A DNA stretch of 46,893 nucleotides from Phycisphaerae bacterium (GTDB lineage: Bacteria > Planctomycetota > Phycisphaerae > Sedimentisphaerales > Anaerobacaceae), in assembly GCA_028714855.1 (NCBI GenBank), contig JAQTLP010000012.1, positions 1 to 46,893 on the forward strand, in the 5' to 3' direction. Every line of letters starts with the position of its first letter. Positions within the stretch are counted from its first letter, which is position 1. A program made the translations under genes and the position numbers. Shown one piece after another: positions 43,790 to 46,893 of the stretch. The notes under the pieces are model-generated. The model was not told the origin of the DNA and made no database searches. It was given only the letters and a program-made list of their open reading frames with translations.

Positions 43790-44191
43790 TTACTCCTTTA
43801 TTTCCTCAAATTCATCGCCAATAATATATTTAACTTTATCCGTCTCTGCTGTTCCATATTCAGCGTCTAAACTCATATCTTGGAATATGTATTTTACTGC
43901 CTTTTTCCACCTCTCGCGGCTGGCTCGCAAGTCTTTGTTTTCTAATGTCATATTATCTTTATCTTCAAGGTGTGCTGTCCTAAATTGCTGATATTCTCCT
44001 CTAATCTCTTTGTTTTCCGCCGATAAGCGGTCGATAAAGGCGAGTGCTTCGTGCAAATCCTTCATAAGTTTGTTTGGCAAACTTGTAGAAACAGGAGCAT
44101 TATCTGGCTTAATCTGTATTGTTGCATTGTGCCACTTTATCTTCATTCTTTCTGCAAACTCTTCCGCCGTTTCCTTCTTATCGTTCTTCAT
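43790..44191 (-). CDS. Hypothetical protein, 133 aa
   Basis: ORF. Confidence 0.45.
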   Translation of the reverse strand: MKNDKKETAEEFAERMKIKWHNATIQIKPDNAPVSTSLPNKLMKDLHEALAFIDRLSAENKEIRGEYQQFRTAHLEDKDNMTLENKDLRASRERWKKAVKYIFQDMSLDAEYGTAETDKVKYIIGDEFEEIKE

Positions 44192-44409
44192 TTTTTCTCC
44201 AATTCTTTTTTTGCTTCCTGCAAAGCGGTGATAAGCTCATCAATTTGTTTAGGTGCATACCGAAAACAATATGTTATTCCAGTTCTTATCTCTAAATACT
44301 TCTTGGATTTATGTATGTCCAAAAACAATTTATTTCCTTCTTTGTCTTTAATCACTCTTTCCATTTGGCTCTCCACTTGCCATGTGCATATACACATCGG
44401 CGTATTCAT
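44188..44409 (-). CDS. Hypothetical protein, 73 aa
   Basis: ORF overlapping its neighbours by 4 nt. Confidence 0.4.
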   Translation of the reverse strand: MNTPMCICTWQVESQMERVIKDKEGNKLFLDIHKSKKYLEIRTGITYCFRYAPKQIDELITALQEAKKELEKK

Positions 44410-44683
44410 TGGCTAATTCCCTGTCAACAGCCGTGTTTACTTTTTCCATTGTTTCCCTGCCAATTTTGCCGTCCGGTTTTGCTTTGACGAGGTTCTGTAA
44501 TTCTATTACCTTCGCTCTGATGCTCACCTTCTCAATCACCGGCTGCGGGGTATTGCATAGCGACAACACATACCAGCAGGTAGCCATTACAAGGACGAAT
44601 ACGCCAATCACGCCTATTGTGCGGTGCGTTTGTTTGGGTCTGTAATTAACCTTCATATCGTTATCTCCTTTGTCTATGCACAT
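44348..44683 (-). CDS. Small membrane protein (TM VIGVFVLVMATCWYVL)
   Basis: ORF. Confidence 0.4.
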   Translation of the reverse strand: MCIDKGDNDMKVNYRPKQTHRTIGVIGVFVLVMATCWYVLSLCNTPQPVIEKVSIRAKVIELQNLVKAKPDGKIGRETMEKVNTAVDRELANEYADVYMHMASGEPNGKSD

Positions 44684-44991
44684 TTTTTGCTCAGGCGGAT
44701 TTTGTTCAATTCCTCAAGTTTGGCAAGGAATAGGTCGGGGTGGAAAAGATAGTCGTATTCTTCTTTCCCGCACTCAAATTCTGCATCAATTTCTTTGGCG
44801 GGACAAGCATCACACGTAAGACCTCCCCCCCTATGTTGTTTTGCCCATTCACAAAAGAAACAATTATTATACAGTTCATCTTCGTATCCGCTTTTTTCAA
44901 GCCATTCCTCTTTAAAGTATCCACTATGGACAATATCCCTCCACATCCTTAGACATTCATACCAAGTTTTGTCTAAAGTAAGTTTTTTCAT
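44674..44991 (-). CDS. Cys-containing hypothetical protein, 105 aa (contains a G7 tract at 44825..44831)
   Basis: ORF. Confidence 0.4.
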   Translation of the reverse strand: MKKLTLDKTWYECLRMWRDIVHSGYFKEEWLEKSGYEDELYNNCFFCEWAKQHRGGGLTCDACPAKEIDAEFECGKEEYDYLFHPDLFLAKLEELNKIRLSKKCA

Positions 44992-45103
44992 TGTTCAGTT
45001 TCCTTTCAAAAGCGGGCAGTTGGATTTATCCTGTTATTATAATGTTGCATTCAGAGTTTTCTATTTTGCGTCCCTGCACGTAATCCACCAACTGCCAGCA
45101 AAT

Positions 45104-45316
45104 TTAGTTTTTCCAGCACTTATCAAGTAGGTTGTGGTATTGCATATAACCAGAACTTTTGTATCTTATCAGCAATTGCCACATATTTTCGAGACCAATA
45201 AGGTTCTGGAGTGGCGCAAGATTGGCTATTGCATAAAGTTTATCCACTTCATCTTGTGTTTCCAAAACAAGTTTGACTGGTTGAAACTTTTTAGGTTCTA
45301 TTTCTTCTACTTTCAT
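45104..45316 (-). CDS. Hypothetical protein, 70 aa
   Basis: ORF. Confidence 0.35.
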   Translation of the reverse strand: MKVEEIEPKKFQPVKLVLETQDEVDKLYAIANLAPLQNLIGLENMWQLLIRYKSSGYMQYHNLLDKCWKN

Positions 45317-45629
45317 TTTTCATTCTCCTTTTTGCCCATTTAAGTAAAATAGCTTCTTGTGCCTCTACAAAACCTGTCGGAATCGTCCAACCAGTTAATT
45401 TTACAATGCCAGCTTTTTCAAGAGCATTTGGTATTCCTTCATTTTCTCCCCAACCCTTCAAAAAGACGTGGTTTTTAGGTGGAATCAGTTCAAGTGCAAC
45501 GGTAGCAATGAATAGAGGTTCTTCGTCTTCAACGCTTACACCTTTAATCGATACACTGCCATTGTCGTAGTGGCTAAATTGCAGGTCAACAGCTTCATCG
45601 ACATACTTAGCTTTTATATAAACTTTCAT
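45291..45629 (-). CDS. Hypothetical protein, 112 aa
   Basis: ORF. Confidence 0.45.
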   Translation of the reverse strand: MKVYIKAKYVDEAVDLQFSHYDNGSVSIKGVSVEDEEPLFIATVALELIPPKNHVFLKGWGENEGIPNALEKAGIVKLTGWTIPTGFVEAQEAILLKWAKRRMKNESRRNRT

Positions 45630-45839
45630 ACTTCTGTCCTTTTATATAAAGTTATAATTCCAAAAAGTGCGGGGCTGCGGAGGGAGGGTGAAAGGATTAT
45701 ACCCCGCACTTAAAACTGCTACTTAAATATATCCCACTTCCTAATATGTTTCCAAAATACAACAAATGCACAAGCAGTTTCGATAACACCTGCTATAAAA
45801 AATACAATACAATCAAGATAATTATGTTCCATAATATCT

Positions 45840-46085
45840 TTACTTAATAGGGCTACTTTGTAAAATCACTAATAACGCCGATGCGGTGATAACCACATCG
45901 AAACTCCGTCCACCTTCCCTGAGTTTTTGTAACAATTCTTTGAAAGAATCATCTTGTTCTTTTTTGATACCCAATAAGTCCAGAAGTGCCATACAAAGTT
46001 TTTGTTCCTGTTCGGGAGTAAGTGGTATTTCTTTTCCGTCAACGTCTAAAACTATTTTCTTAATCAGGTTTACTTCTTTTGCCAT
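45840..46085 (-). CDS. Hypothetical protein, 81 aa
   Basis: ORF. Confidence 0.4.
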   Translation of the reverse strand: MAKEVNLIKKIVLDVDGKEIPLTPEQEQKLCMALLDLLGIKKEQDDSFKELLQKLREGGRSFDVVITASALLVILQSSPIK

Positions 46086-46099
46086 TGGCTATTGCTCCT

Positions 46100-46486
46100 T
46101 TAATTGTCTAAAATATGATTATAGTATGATTGCAGTATGGGTTTGTGCTGAATCGGACAGAAAAGGACATCTATTATATTTATGCACTCTTCTGCCGACA
46201 AAGACCGTGAATCTTTGACAACTACCCTGCCGCACCTGATACATTTGTATGTATAATTTGGCTGGTAGTCAGAAGTTTTGTTTTTCCATCTGGATTGTGC
46301 TGCCTTTTTGATAGTTACTCCTTTTAGCTCTAAGCAGCACCCGCTGTTTTGCAGGCAGACTATCTCTTTTTGCATTTGATATAGCTTTCGATTGGCATAA
46401 CCAACCCCTATAAAAGTAGTAATCAACATCGATATAAATATTACAAATGCTATCTCACTTAAATATGTTTTGGCTTCTTTAATCAT
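46100..46486 (-). CDS. Membrane + Cys-cluster protein, 128 aa
   Basis: TM FVIFISMLITTFIGVGYA; CIRCGRVV...C; RBS AAGGAG; its start overlaps the upstream stop. Confidence 0.5.
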   Translation of the reverse strand: MIKEAKTYLSEIAFVIFISMLITTFIGVGYANRKLYQMQKEIVCLQNSGCCLELKGVTIKKAAQSRWKNKTSDYQPNYTYKCIRCGRVVVKDSRSLSAEECINIIDVLFCPIQHKPILQSYYNHILDN

Positions 46487-46893
46487 TGTTTCTCCTTGCT
46501 TTTATTTTTCTTAATCCGATTTTTACGAGGTCAATCTCTTTAATAACTTTACATTTTTTGACTCTGAATTTGCCATCAGAGCCAATAGGTATGGCCACAA
46601 TATCTTTAGCGGTAAATTCGCACAGCATAATTCTATATCCGTCTTTGTATTCTTTGATACACCAGTCGAGGGTTGCAAGATTTATACCGCTACCACATTG
46701 CTCCTTTTCACTGCTATTATAATCAGTAACTTTAAGAGCCATTCCCTTTTTATATATCAAACCTCCATTATAAATACCTTCATAATTGTCTTTAACAATT
46801 TTATATGCCCTGATTTTGGCGGGCTGGTCGAGAAGTAAGTATAACGGAGTTGTAAGATATTTATTCACGCCTTTGGCATAGCGAAGGTCGGCA
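46479..46893 (-). CDS. C-terminal globular domain (~129 aa) of the pentapeptide-repeat protein. Reading upstream of the GTG at 46868 continues in frame as ...ADLRYAKG, so this is the 3' part of the gene that starts at 495 across the junction.
   Basis: Frame continuity verified codon by codon across 46869..46893 = 103..127. Confidence 0.7.
   Translation of the reverse strand, partial: ADLRYAKGVNKYLTTPLYLLLDQPAKIRAYKIVKDNYEGIYNGGLIYKKGMALKVTDYNSSEKEQCGSGINLATLDWCIKEYKDGYRIMLCEFTAKDIVAIPIGSDGKFRVKKCKVIKEIDLVKIGLRKIKARRNND

Overview
The window looks like a complete ~46.8 kb circular or circularly permuted tailed-phage genome of the podovirus type. The first 127 bp (1..127) are identical to the last 127 bp (46767..46893), so the contig overlaps itself; the unique length is about 46,766 bp.

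The genome has two divergent arms that leave a ~1.2 kb AT-rich control region at 4680..5947. That region holds two near-consensus sigma70 promoters, a GTCAAC iteron-like array and a repeated 18-20 nt box.

The rightward arm (5948..33009, + strand) is the late module: small and large terminase, portal, scaffold, major capsid, a 1193-aa repeat-built fiber, tail tubular A/B-like proteins, gp14/15/16-like internal virion proteins (one carrying a ParB-like domain), a beta-helix tailspike, and holin/spanin-like lysis genes. No tape-measure protein is present. Gene order downstream of the capsid is T7-like, but there is no RNA polymerase and the terminase looks headful-type.

The leftward arm (4679 down to 1, continuing across the junction from 46893 down to 33066, - strand) is an early/accessory module: Cys-rich zinc-ribbon proteins, an SSB-like protein, a PD-(D/E)xK nuclease, a winged-helix protein, a DUF1064 protein, an HNH-AP2 homing endonuclease, an orphan beta-class amino-methyltransferase, a membrane SPFH/band-7 protein and a DUF5131 (Gp37/Gp68) protein. 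I found no replicative polymerase, helicase/primase or integrase.

The most unusual content is in this leftward arm:
- A pentapeptide-repeat A(D/N)LXX protein is encoded by 18 near-perfect 15-bp tandem repeats at 109..378. Its gene spans the contig junction and was broken by the assembly.
- A second early protein carries an AAYAADY heptad array built from GCC-rich microsatellite DNA (33170..33310).
- A (TGC)7 poly-cysteine tract is embedded in the methyltransferase (37005..37033).
- A ~600 bp intergenic block at 38570..39165 is strongly G-depleted on the + strand, consists of degenerate nested repeats, and generates fake long + strand ORFs.
- A non-coding patch at 3264..3530 contains a tRNA T-arm-like fragment flanked by GC-rich hairpins.

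Product assignments rest on motifs I could read directly; many small ORFs remain hypothetical.
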